Assembly (NCBI GenBank): GCA_963772835.1
Contig: CAVYYZ010000011.1
Location: forward strand, 384,001 to 448,000
From: an uncultured delta proteobacterium
Lineage (GTDB): Bacteria; Desulfobacterota; Desulfuromonadia; Geobacterales; Pseudopelobacteraceae
DNA: 64,000 nucleotides
Direction: 5' to 3'
Shown one piece after another: positions 18,610 to 27,204 of the stretch; the first letter of the stretch is position 1; every line of letters begins with the position of its first letter. The notes under the pieces were generated by a model. That model worked only from the letters and a program-made list of their open reading frames with translations, was not told the origin of the DNA and did not search any database. A program made the translations under genes and the position numbers.

Positions 18610-20601
18610 ATGTCTTCGCGTTTTGACAAGGTGTCTGAGGAAACAGGAAGTGTGCATTCCGTAAGGAAAGTGGCATTAGTCGGCAACCCCAATGTCGGCA
18701 AGAGTGTACTGTTTAACGCGTTAACCGGATCCTATGTGACCGTTTCAAATTATCCGGGCACCTCTGTTGAGGTCTCCCGAGGAAATGCCGTCTTACAGGG
18801 TCGGTCCTGGCAGGTAATCGACACTCCCGGTATGTACTCTGTTCATACTATTACTGAAGAGGAGCGTGTTGCACGTGAGATTCTGCTGCACGAAACGCCG
18901 GATGTCGTACTGCATGTTCTGGATGCCCGGAATCTGGAGCGGATGCTGGCGATGACAATCCAGCTGATTGAAGCCAATCTGCCGGTCATTCTGGTTGTCA
19001 ATATCATGGATGAAGCGGAGAGGATGGGGCTTTCAATCGATCTGCCTCTCTTGCAAAAGCGGCTCGGTATTCCGGTAATCGGTGCTGCTACCGCCAGAAA
19101 AAGGGGACTGGATGAAATTCGTGCAGCTATCGCTTCATACACCGCTCCAACCCGTATTGAATCACGTTTCCCCTACAGCCGGCTTCTCGAACATGACATC
19201 AGTGAAGTGGTCGGATTCATGGAGGGTGAGTATCTGTTGTCGCTCCGATCTTTAGCTATTCTGCTGTTGCAGCAGGATGAAGAAATTACTGAAATGGTAC
19301 GACATCGGGAAGCCGACGGCTATGCCGTACTGGCTGAAATAATCCGTGAGAAGGCCTTTGAACGCCGGGACTCTTTCCATCTAGATCTTTCACTGCAACG
19401 GAATGCGATAGTAAAAACAATCATCAAAGATGTATTTATTTCACCTGAAAAGCGGATAATAACCCTATCCGAAAGGATTTCCAACTGGTCGGTCAGGCCA
19501 ATGACCGGTATTCCTATGCTGGTGATAGTACTCTATTTCGGCCTCTACAAATTTGTCGGCGAATTTGGCGCCGGCACTGTGGTTGATCTGCTGGAAAAGA
19601 AGCTTTTTGTCGAGAGAATTAACCCCTGGATGATCTCTGCCGTTACGGGACTGATACCGTGGGTTGCCATTCAGGAACTCTTCGTGGGGGAATACGGCAT
19701 CATAACGCTCGGTTTTCGGTATGCGGTCGGCATTATTCTGCCGATTGTGGCAACGTTTTTTATCTTTTTCTCGTTTCTCGAGGATACCGGGTACTTTCCC
19801 CGTCTTGCACTGCTCGTTGACCGTCTGTTCAAATACTTCGGCCTGACCGGGCGGGCGGTTATACCGATGGTGTTAGGATTCGGCTGCGATACAATGGCAA
19901 CCATGGTTACCCGTACACTTGAAACCGTTCGGGAGCGCGTAATCGCGACACTCCTTCTGGCATTGGCAATTCCATGCTCTGCACAGTTGGGGGTAATTAT
20001 CGCTCTGCTCGCCAAGGCGCCCGGGGCTCTGGCTGTCTGGAGTATATGTCTGCTGCTGATTTTTGTTCTGGTCGGCGTCCTCGCTGCCCGGGTTATGCCG
20101 GGTGAAGCCCCGATGTTCTATATGGAGCTCCCTCCAATGCGCCTTCCTCAGCTGTCGAACGTCCTGACCAAAACCTATACCCGCATGCAGTGGTACTTCC
20201 TTGAAATACTGCCGCTGTTTGTGATCGCTTCAGTGCTTCTGTGGCTTGGCAAGATAACAGGGTTCTTTGGTACGGCGGTAAACGCCATGACCCCTCTTAT
20301 GGCCTCCATAGGGCTCCCTAAAGAGGCGGCGGTGGCCTTTATCTTCGGCTTTTTTCGACGTGATTACGGGGCCGCGGGATTGTATGACCTGCAAACGCAG
20401 GGATTGCTGGATGCACGACAGTTGACTGTAGCAGCCGTAACTCTGACGCTCTTTATCCCCTGTGTCGCACAGTTTCTGGTCATGAAGAAGGAGCGCGGCT
20501 GGAAGGTGGCGGGTGGAATCGGTCTGTTTGTAAGTATACTGGCATTTGGCAGCGGGTATGTACTGAATCAATTTTTGCTGTTGACCCGTATACTGGCATG
20601 A
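18610..20601 (+). CDS. feoB: ferrous iron transporter FeoB
   Basis: GNPNVGKS, NYPGTSVE, DTPGMYS, LEDTGY..R, GFGC, IPCSAQ, FYMELP, PC.A. Confidence 0.96.
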   Translation: MSSRFDKVSEETGSVHSVRKVALVGNPNVGKSVLFNALTGSYVTVSNYPGTSVEVSRGNAVLQGRSWQVIDTPGMYSVHTITEEERVAREILLHETPDVVLHVLDARNLERMLAMTIQLIEANLPVILVVNIMDEAERMGLSIDLPLLQKRLGIPVIGAATARKRGLDEIRAAIASYTAPTRIESRFPYSRLLEHDISEVVGFMEGEYLLSLRSLAILLLQQDEEITEMVRHREADGYAVLAEIIREKAFERRDSFHLDLSLQRNAIVKTIIKDVFISPEKRIITLSERISNWSVRPMTGIPMLVIVLYFGLYKFVGEFGAGTVVDLLEKKLFVERINPWMISAVTGLIPWVAIQELFVGEYGIITLGFRYAVGIILPIVATFFIFFSFLEDTGYFPRLALLVDRLFKYFGLTGRAVIPMVLGFGCDTMATMVTRTLETVRERVIATLLLALAIPCSAQLGVIIALLAKAPGALAVWSICLLLIFVLVGVLAARVMPGEAPMFYMELPPMRLPQLSNVLTKTYTRMQWYFLEILPLFVIASVLLWLGKITGFFGTAVNAMTPLMASIGLPKEAAVAFIFGFFRRDYGAAGLYDLQTQGLLDARQLTVAAVTLTLFIPCVAQFLVMKKERGWKVAGGIGLFVSILAFGSGYVLNQFLLLTRILA

Positions 20602-20789
20602 GGTGCGGATTCTGCGGGCATGAGTTCGCTGAGGAAGACGGTATACAAGGGTGTGGCGGCTGTCCCGGCGGTTGTCATTCAATACATTGTCCGCGCTGCA
20701 ACTACAAAAATCCGCTTGAACCTGCATTCTTCAAAACAATCCGGTCCATTTTCAGTACCAATGAAAAGAACAAAGGAGATACAAAATGA
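20598..20789 (+). CDS. small Cys-rich protein in feoB-ideR operon
   Basis: 63 aa with CxxC...CxxCxxxC....CxxC; ATGA overlaps with both neighbours. Confidence 0.8.
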   Translation: MRCGFCGHEFAEEDGIQGCGGCPGGCHSIHCPRCNYKNPLEPAFFKTIRSIFSTNEKNKGDTK

Positions 20790-21430
20790 AACTGTCTGAT
20801 AATGCGGAAGAGATACTTGAAGCTCTGTGGATCGCGGTTGAAGAAAAACAATTATCGTCGCTGGATCCACAGAAATCCGCAATCCCGCTTGATGATCCCG
20901 CATATCAGGAACTTACCACGCGGGCGTTGATAGAAATCAGGCAGGGGATGGTCTATTTCAGGCCGGAGGGACGTGATGAGGGGCGAATGACCATCCGACG
21001 TCATCGGCTGGCAGAACGACTGATGATGGATGTGCTCAACATCCGGGGAGAGGATGGTGATTTCAAGGCATGCCAGTTTGAACATCTACTGAACGAAGGT
21101 GTCGATGAGAAAATCTGCACCATGCTTAATCATCCGACGACGTGTCCGCACGGCAAGCCGATTCCCCCTGGAGAGTGCTGCCATCAGGCCCGCGCCGAAG
21201 GCGATTTGGGAGTAGTGCCGCTGACCGAGTTTAAATCGGGTCAGGAAGGTGAGATTGCCTACATCCAGACCGAAGATAACAAGAAGATGCAGAAACTGAT
21301 GGCGATGGGTGTGCTGCCGGGTAATCGTATTATACTGACGCAATCCTACCCTTCTTATATTTTCAGGGTAGGGTACTCGGAGTTTGCGATCGACTCAAAT
21401 CTGGCTAAAGAGATTTTTGTGCGGAAGTAG
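20786..21430 (+). CDS. ideR: DtxR/IdeR-family metal-dependent repressor with C-terminal FeoA domain
   Basis: EEILEAL, IRRHRLAERL, ACQFEH, LNHPTTCPHGKPIP, FeoA-like KLMAMGVLPG. Confidence 0.88.
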   Translation: MKLSDNAEEILEALWIAVEEKQLSSLDPQKSAIPLDDPAYQELTTRALIEIRQGMVYFRPEGRDEGRMTIRRHRLAERLMMDVLNIRGEDGDFKACQFEHLLNEGVDEKICTMLNHPTTCPHGKPIPPGECCHQARAEGDLGVVPLTEFKSGQEGEIAYIQTEDNKKMQKLMAMGVLPGNRIILTQSYPSYIFRVGYSEFAIDSNLAKEIFVRK

Positions 21431-21568
21431 GAGGACGTGAAAATGTATTCTGACGGGTTAATTCCCTATTGACAAAACGGGAGCGGTGTTGTTCTACTGA
21501 ACATTGTGCTTTCGTCACAACATACGCTCATGCGTATTAAAATTATTGCCACCTCCAGGAGGAAATCG

Positions 21569-22873
21569 ATGAACCCCTTAGCACAGGAACTGAACGATCT
21601 ACTTACCCAGCACAGCCCGCATGTCTTGGAAATGCTGTCCGACCTCGGGAAAAACCTCTTCTTTCCCAAGGGAATCCTGACCCAGTCGGCCGAAGCAAAG
21701 GATAAGGCACACAAATTCAATGCCACTATCGGCATCGCCACTGAAAACGGCGGGCCGATGTTCCTGCAGTGCATCCAGGACAAGCTCTCTGCTTTTGATC
21801 CCAAAGATATCTATCCCTATGCCCCTCCCGCCGGCAAGCCGGAACTGCGTTCACTCTGGCGGGAGAAAATGCTGCGTGAAAATCCCAGCCAGAACGGCAA
21901 GCATTTCAGCAATCCCATAGTAACCAATGCGCTGACCCACGGCCTCTCCATCGTTGCCGATCTGTTCATCGACAAGGGAGACCACCTGATCCTTCCCGAC
22001 ATGCTCTGGGGCAACTACAATCTGACCTTCGGCACCTGCAGCGGCGCTATCGTCAAAAAGCACCCGACGTTCACGGTGACCGGCGGCTACGACATCGACG
22101 CCTTCAAAGCGGTGCTTAAAAACAGTGCCGAAGAAAAAGGGAAAGCTGTTGTCCTGCTCAACTTCCCCAACAATCCCAGCGGGTATACGCCGACCGTGGC
22201 CGAAGGGGATGCCCTGGTGGCAGCCATCAGGGAAGTCGCTGAATCCGGATGCAACATTGTTGCCGTGGCCGACAACGCCTACTTCGGGCTCTTTTACGAG
22301 GACAGCCTCAAGGAATCCCTGTTCGGAAAACTTGCCAACCTCCATCCGCGCATTCTTGCGGTTAAACTTGACGGCGCAACGAAGGAGGAGTTCGTCTGGG
22401 GCTTCCGTACCGGATTCATCACCTTTGCCGACGGCAACGAATACGAAAATACACCGGTCATGACGGCACTCGAGAAGAAAACCATGGGGATCATCCGAGC
22501 CCGCATCTCCAACTGCCCGCATCCCTCCCAGACCTTTGTTATCGAGGCGCTCCGGTCGCCGCAGTTCCTTGCCCAGAAGGAAGAAAAGTTCCAGGTTATG
22601 AAGGGTCGCGCCCTGAAAACCAAGCAGGTCCTGGACAGCGGGAAATACGGTTCAGCATGGGACTATTATCCGTTCAACTCCGGTTACTTCATGTGCCTGA
22701 AACTGAAAACGGTGGAAGCGGAAAAACTGCGCGTCCACCTGCTGGACAAGTACGGGGTGGGCGCAATTTCCACCACCAAGACCGACCTTCGTATCGCCTT
22801 CTCCTGTATTGCTGAAGAGCATATTCAGGAACTGTTCGACATTATCTACCAGGGGGTTCAGGATCTGGCCTGA
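21569..22873 (+). CDS. PLP-dependent aminotransferase class I/II (aspartate aminotransferase-like)
   Basis: FNATIG, WGNY, LNFPNNPSGY, DNAYFGL, PLP lysine in DGATKE..WGFRTG. AGGAGG RBS before ATG 21569. Confidence 0.9.
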   Translation: MNPLAQELNDLLTQHSPHVLEMLSDLGKNLFFPKGILTQSAEAKDKAHKFNATIGIATENGGPMFLQCIQDKLSAFDPKDIYPYAPPAGKPELRSLWREKMLRENPSQNGKHFSNPIVTNALTHGLSIVADLFIDKGDHLILPDMLWGNYNLTFGTCSGAIVKKHPTFTVTGGYDIDAFKAVLKNSAEEKGKAVVLLNFPNNPSGYTPTVAEGDALVAAIREVAESGCNIVAVADNAYFGLFYEDSLKESLFGKLANLHPRILAVKLDGATKEEFVWGFRTGFITFADGNEYENTPVMTALEKKTMGIIRARISNCPHPSQTFVIEALRSPQFLAQKEEKFQVMKGRALKTKQVLDSGKYGSAWDYYPFNSGYFMCLKLKTVEAEKLRVHLLDKYGVGAISTTKTDLRIAFSCIAEEHIQELFDIIYQGVQDLA

Positions 22874-22895
22874 CTCTCAGACAAGTGATTGTAAA

Positions 22896-22932
22896 ACAAA
22901 AAAAGGCCCGCGTTATGCGGGCCTTTTTTTGT
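22896..22932. terminator. bidirectional intrinsic terminator
   Basis: ACAAAAAAAGGCCCGC-GTTAT-GCGGGCCTTTTTTTGT, a perfect inverted repeat between convergent genes. Confidence 0.9.
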
Positions 22933-22959
22933 CGGCAGTGTGCCTGAGTGAATTGATGA

Positions 22960-23457
22960 TTATCGGAAGTAGTACCGTGCTCCGATTGCCCCGTTGAGGT
23001 CGAAGTGTGTGGCGGGAAAAACATCAAGAATGGGTACGATCTCGGCAAATATTTCGACGGGAGCCTTCGCCGGCAGAAAGGAAATGCCGAACGGGATGCG
23101 GACGCCAAGTAACGCATCGTTATTGTTTCGCCCATGCCAGTTGTCATTATTCTGTAACTTGAAACGTCCGCCTACACCAAAATATACCGGCAGACGCCCC
23201 CCGACCTGAGCGGTTTTCAGTAATCCGAAGTTGTGGATCAGGTAATCAGCATGAAGCTGAAAGCTGTCATTCTCCGAAAATGACCACGCAGCAGCGCCGT
23301 CGATGGCGGTGTCATGGCTGAGCCATTTCTTTACACTGATTCCGGTCGGTTCACCCAGTATGACGCCGAGTCCGATACCCTCCTCTGCACGGACTCCTGC
23401 AGCAGTCATCAAAAAAACAACCAGCATGATACCTGTGATTCCTGTCTTCATATACAT
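22960..23457 (-). CDS. secreted small outer-membrane beta-barrel-like protein
   Basis: Signal peptide, GLGVILGEPTGIS.K, amphipathic strands, C-terminal GARYYFR. Confidence 0.75.
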   Translation of the reverse strand: MYMKTGITGIMLVVFLMTAAGVRAEEGIGLGVILGEPTGISVKKWLSHDTAIDGAAAWSFSENDSFQLHADYLIHNFGLLKTAQVGGRLPVYFGVGGRFKLQNNDNWHGRNNNDALLGVRIPFGISFLPAKAPVEIFAEIVPILDVFPATHFDLNGAIGARYYFR

Positions 23458-23545
23458 CTCCCCTATAGATTGTGCTGACGAATTAAGTTGGTGATGACTG
23501 CCACTATATACCGATACTGCGTAACCGGCATCTAAAAATGAAATT

Positions 23546-26149
23546 TCAGCTTGTAATAGAGAGCGCTCCCTTCTCCAGCACCACCTTTAATGTGCCCCCT
23601 TCAACAACTTCCCCGCTGATAATCGCCCTGGCTACCCGGGTTTCCAGTTCGCGCTGCAGATAGCGCTTCAGCGGCCGCGCACCGTAGACCGGATCATACC
23701 CCGCCCTGGCAATAAAACCTAAAGCTTCTTCGCTTATCTGAAGAGTTATACGCTGCTCTTTCAGGCGATGCTTGAGCTGTTCTGCAAGCAGATCGGCTAT
23801 TTTTTTCACCTCTTCGATATGCAGCGGCTTGAAAAGCACAATGTCATCGACGCGATTAAGAAATTCGGGGCGGAAACCTGCTTTAAGTTCGTTCATGACA
23901 CTCTTCCTGGCATCCTCCCTGATGTCGCCGCTAGCGGTGATTCCATCCAGAAGATACGCTGAACCGATATTGGAGGTCATGATGATGACCGTATTCTTGA
24001 AGCTGACCGTACGACCGTGACTGTCGGTTACCCGGCCATCATCGAGTATCTGCAGAAGAATATTGAACACGTCATGGTGGGCTTTCTCAATCTCGTCAAA
24101 AAGCAGGACACTGTATGGTTTGCGCCTGACCGCTTCGGTCAGTTGTCCACCCTCTTCATATCCGACGTACCCTGGAGGTGCACCGATCAGTCGCGATACG
24201 GCAAACTTTTCCATATACTCTGACATATCGATCCTCACCATGTTCTCTTCGGAATCAAAGAGCGCTTCTGCAAGGGTGCGGGCAAGCTCGGTCTTGCCGA
24301 CACCGGTCGGGCCGAGAAATATGAAGGAGCCGATAGGCCGCCGCGGATCCTTGATTCCGGAGCGGGCCCGAAGTACGGCATCTGAAACCAGCTGCACCGC
24401 TTCATCCTGCCCGATCACCCGCTGGTGAAGGATATCCTCCAAACGGAGCAGCTTTTCCCGTTCTCCCTCTACAAGCCTCAGCACCGGAATTCCGGTCCAA
24501 TGGGCCACGATTTCGGCGATTTCGTCCTCGGTAACCTCTTCACGCAGCAGCTTTTGCTCTCCCTGTTTCTCATTCAAGGCAGTTTCTTCGCTCTTCAGGG
24601 AAATTTCAAGGCCGGGGAGATCGGAATATTTGAGGCGTGATGCCTGCTCCAGATTCCCCGATCTCTCGGCCTGTTCAATTTCACGACGTGTCTTCTCGAT
24701 CTGTTCGCGCAGAGTCTGTACCCGCTGGATTGCAATTTTTTCAGAATCATAACGGGCCCGCAATGTGTTGGCTTTTTCGCGATCATCAGCCAGATCTTTG
24801 CGCAGTGTCTCCAGACGCTCCATGCTGGCTTTGTCCTTCTCCTTTTTGAGTGCGACCTCTTCAATCTCAAGCTGCATGACCCGGCGTGAAATGGTGTCCA
24901 ATTCCGAAGGAAGTGAATCTATTTCAGTCCTGATCATGGCACATGCCTCGTCGACCAGATCGATGGCCTTGTCCGGAAGAAACCGCTCGGTAATGTAGCG
25001 GTTGGAGAGAGTGGCGGCGGCCACCAGAGCATTATCCTGAATCCTGACCCCGTGATGTACCTCGAAGCGCTCACGCAATCCGCGCAGGATGGAAATCGTG
25101 TCCTCGACGGTCGGCTGTTCGACCAGTACGGGCTGGAAGCGGCGCTCCAGGGCGGCATCTTTTTCGATATGCTGTCGATATTCATCAAGAGTGGTAGCGC
25201 CGATACAGTGCAGTTCCCCCCGTGCCAGCATCGGTTTCAACATGTTGCCGGCATCCATAGAACCTTCGGCTTTTCCGGCACCGACTATCGTGTGCAGTTC
25301 ATCGATAAAGAGTATGATGCTCCCCTCGGCCTCTTTAATCTCATTCAGGACCGCTTTCAGGCGTTCCTCAAACTCACCCCGATACTTGGCACCCGCTACC
25401 AGCGCCCCCATGTCCAGAGCAAAGACACTCTTGTTTTTCAATCCCTCCGGTACGTCCCCGCGCACAATGCGTTGTGCAAGACCTTCGACTATAGCGGTCT
25501 TGCCGACACCCGGCTCGCCGATCAGTACCGGGTTGTTTTTGGTCTTACGTGACAATACCCGGATAACCCGGCGCACCTCTTCATCCCGCCCGATTACCGG
25601 ATCAAGCTTGTCAGCGCGGGCCATCTTGACCAGATCGCGCCCGTATTTTTCCAGCGCTTCATACGTTGCTTCCGGGTTGGCGCTCTGCACCCGCTGACTG
25701 CCGCGTACGTCGGTTAATGTTTTCAGAAAGCGTTCGTGAGTAATCCCGGCCTGTTTGAGAATTCGTCCGGACGGCACCTTTTCTCCTTCAGCCAGCAGTG
25801 CCATAAAGAGATGTTCAACGGAAACATATTCATCTTTAAGTCGTTTGGCCTCATTTTCAGCCGCCACAATGATGCGCGAGAGACGCTGGGAAATATACAC
25901 CTTACCGGCCTCTGCTCCCGGCCCGGAGACGCGTGGTTTTCGATTCAGCTCTGATTCGAGCTCTTTTTTGACCATTTCAGGCTGAATATCCATTCGTTGC
26001 AGCAGGCGTGGTACCAGGCCATCGACCTGATCCAGCAGAGCCCAGAGCAGATGTTCACCGTCCACCTCCACATGTCCGAACAAAACCGCCTTGTTTTGTG
26101 CTTCGGTAAAAGCTTCCTGAGACTTTTGGGTAAGTTTGTTTAACTCCAT
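23546..26149 (-). CDS. clpB: ATP-dependent chaperone ClpB
   Basis: Clp-N repeats, two AAA modules ([16 protein letters not shown]), long coiled-coil M domain, [15 protein letters not shown]. Confidence 0.97.
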   Translation of the reverse strand: MELNKLTQKSQEAFTEAQNKAVLFGHVEVDGEHLLWALLDQVDGLVPRLLQRMDIQPEMVKKELESELNRKPRVSGPGAEAGKVYISQRLSRIIVAAENEAKRLKDEYVSVEHLFMALLAEGEKVPSGRILKQAGITHERFLKTLTDVRGSQRVQSANPEATYEALEKYGRDLVKMARADKLDPVIGRDEEVRRVIRVLSRKTKNNPVLIGEPGVGKTAIVEGLAQRIVRGDVPEGLKNKSVFALDMGALVAGAKYRGEFEERLKAVLNEIKEAEGSIILFIDELHTIVGAGKAEGSMDAGNMLKPMLARGELHCIGATTLDEYRQHIEKDAALERRFQPVLVEQPTVEDTISILRGLRERFEVHHGVRIQDNALVAAATLSNRYITERFLPDKAIDLVDEACAMIRTEIDSLPSELDTISRRVMQLEIEEVALKKEKDKASMERLETLRKDLADDREKANTLRARYDSEKIAIQRVQTLREQIEKTRREIEQAERSGNLEQASRLKYSDLPGLEISLKSEETALNEKQGEQKLLREEVTEDEIAEIVAHWTGIPVLRLVEGEREKLLRLEDILHQRVIGQDEAVQLVSDAVLRARSGIKDPRRPIGSFIFLGPTGVGKTELARTLAEALFDSEENMVRIDMSEYMEKFAVSRLIGAPPGYVGYEEGGQLTEAVRRKPYSVLLFDEIEKAHHDVFNILLQILDDGRVTDSHGRTVSFKNTVIIMTSNIGSAYLLDGITASGDIREDARKSVMNELKAGFRPEFLNRVDDIVLFKPLHIEEVKKIADLLAEQLKHRLKEQRITLQISEEALGFIARAGYDPVYGARPLKRYLQRELETRVARAIISGEVVEGGTLKVVLEKGALSITS

Positions 26150-26192
26150 GTCAGCGCCTCTTTTACTGCATATTTTCAGTATCTACTTTATG

Positions 26193-26221
26193 AGTTAAGC
26201 ACTGGCTGCACGGAAGTCAAG
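26193..26221 (-). promoter_or_regulatory. putative sigma32-type promoter of clpB
   Basis: Minus strand CTTGAC, 15 nt, GCTTAACT; same spacing as the htpG element. Confidence 0.45.
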
Positions 26222-26322
26222 CACGGTTAGAGATCGTTACTCTTTCCGATGGATAATGATGGTGATATCTGATATGTACATTGTGCGTAAAATCTCACTA
26301 AACGCCGCTACAAGGGTACACT

Positions 26323-27099
26323 ATGGATAGTAAACAGACAGGTTCCCCTCGCATATTAATTGTCGACGATGAACCGGGTGTCCTGAACTCCATGATTCGG
26401 CTTTTTCATGATGATTCCATAGAGGTACTGACTGCATCCGGAGGGCGGGCAGCGCTTGAGCTGCTTCAGGAATCCGGACCGGTTGAACTGGTTATTTCTG
26501 ATTTTCGCATGCCCGGAATGAACGGAGTCGAATTTCTGCAGCGGATGATGCAGCAATGGCCGGATACACGGCGTGCAATCCTTTCCGGGTTTCCCGACTC
26601 GAATGTTCTTCTGGCGGCGGTCAATGAAGGGCGAGTCCATCGCTTCCTGGTCAAACCGTGGGACAATGACACCATCAGGACAATTGCCCTTGAACTGCTT
26701 GAGGAATACCGGCTTATTGTGGATTTCCGCCATCATGCGGAGGAAGTTGCACGCAACAACCGGCTGCTTTCCCGAACCAACGAGAATCTGAGCGCTCTTC
26801 TTACCGATGTCCTCACTACTATGCGCCGTGAAGCAGAGCACGATGATTCGCAGGTGCGCTCGCTCCCGTCACAGTCAGTGCGCAGACTCCACGAGTCACT
26901 TTCCCGGCGTGAATCTGAGATCATGTTAGCGGTAGCCTCAGGTCAGTCGCTGAAAGCAATTGCAATTGATCTTGGACTCAGTATCAAGACGGCCAGCACG
27001 TATAAAAAACGTATTTTCACAAAAATGGGCTTTAAACATGATGCAGATCTGATTGTTTATACGCTTAAAAACAACCTTCTTCCCCACGACCCCATGTAA
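26323..27099 (+). CDS. response regulator: REC, coiled coil, LuxR/UvrY-type HTH
   Basis: ILIVDDE, VISDFRMPGMNG, KPW; C-terminal LSRRE.EIM...G....IA..LGLSIKTASTYK.RIF.KM. Confidence 0.9.
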   Translation: MDSKQTGSPRILIVDDEPGVLNSMIRLFHDDSIEVLTASGGRAALELLQESGPVELVISDFRMPGMNGVEFLQRMMQQWPDTRRAILSGFPDSNVLLAAVNEGRVHRFLVKPWDNDTIRTIALELLEEYRLIVDFRHHAEEVARNNRLLSRTNENLSALLTDVLTTMRREAEHDDSQVRSLPSQSVRRLHESLSRRESEIMLAVASGQSLKAIAIDLGLSIKTASTYKKRIFTKMGFKHDADLIVYTLKNNLLPHDPM

Positions 27100-27112
27100 G
27101 ACTAATCCTACA
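27095..27112. promoter_or_regulatory. GacA/UvrY-box-like palindrome
   Basis: TGTAAG-ACTAAT-CCTACA, 1 mismatch to TGTAAG-N6-CTTACA, upstream of a TTGCTT-N16-TATACT promoter-like element. Confidence 0.5.
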
Positions 27113-27204
27113 AAACATTCAAAGTACCTGACTTGCTTACATTTGAATGTGAGGTATACTGGTGCGTGTTCTGTCGGATATTCGTACCGGACCGGGAGCT
27201 GAAT

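Noticed and set aside
21851..22522. 223-aa antisense ORF in the aminotransferase
   Set aside because: Explained by codon bias of the sense gene; no RBS or motif
25052..25697. Antisense ORFs within clpB
   Set aside because: Typical shadow ORFs of a conserved gene
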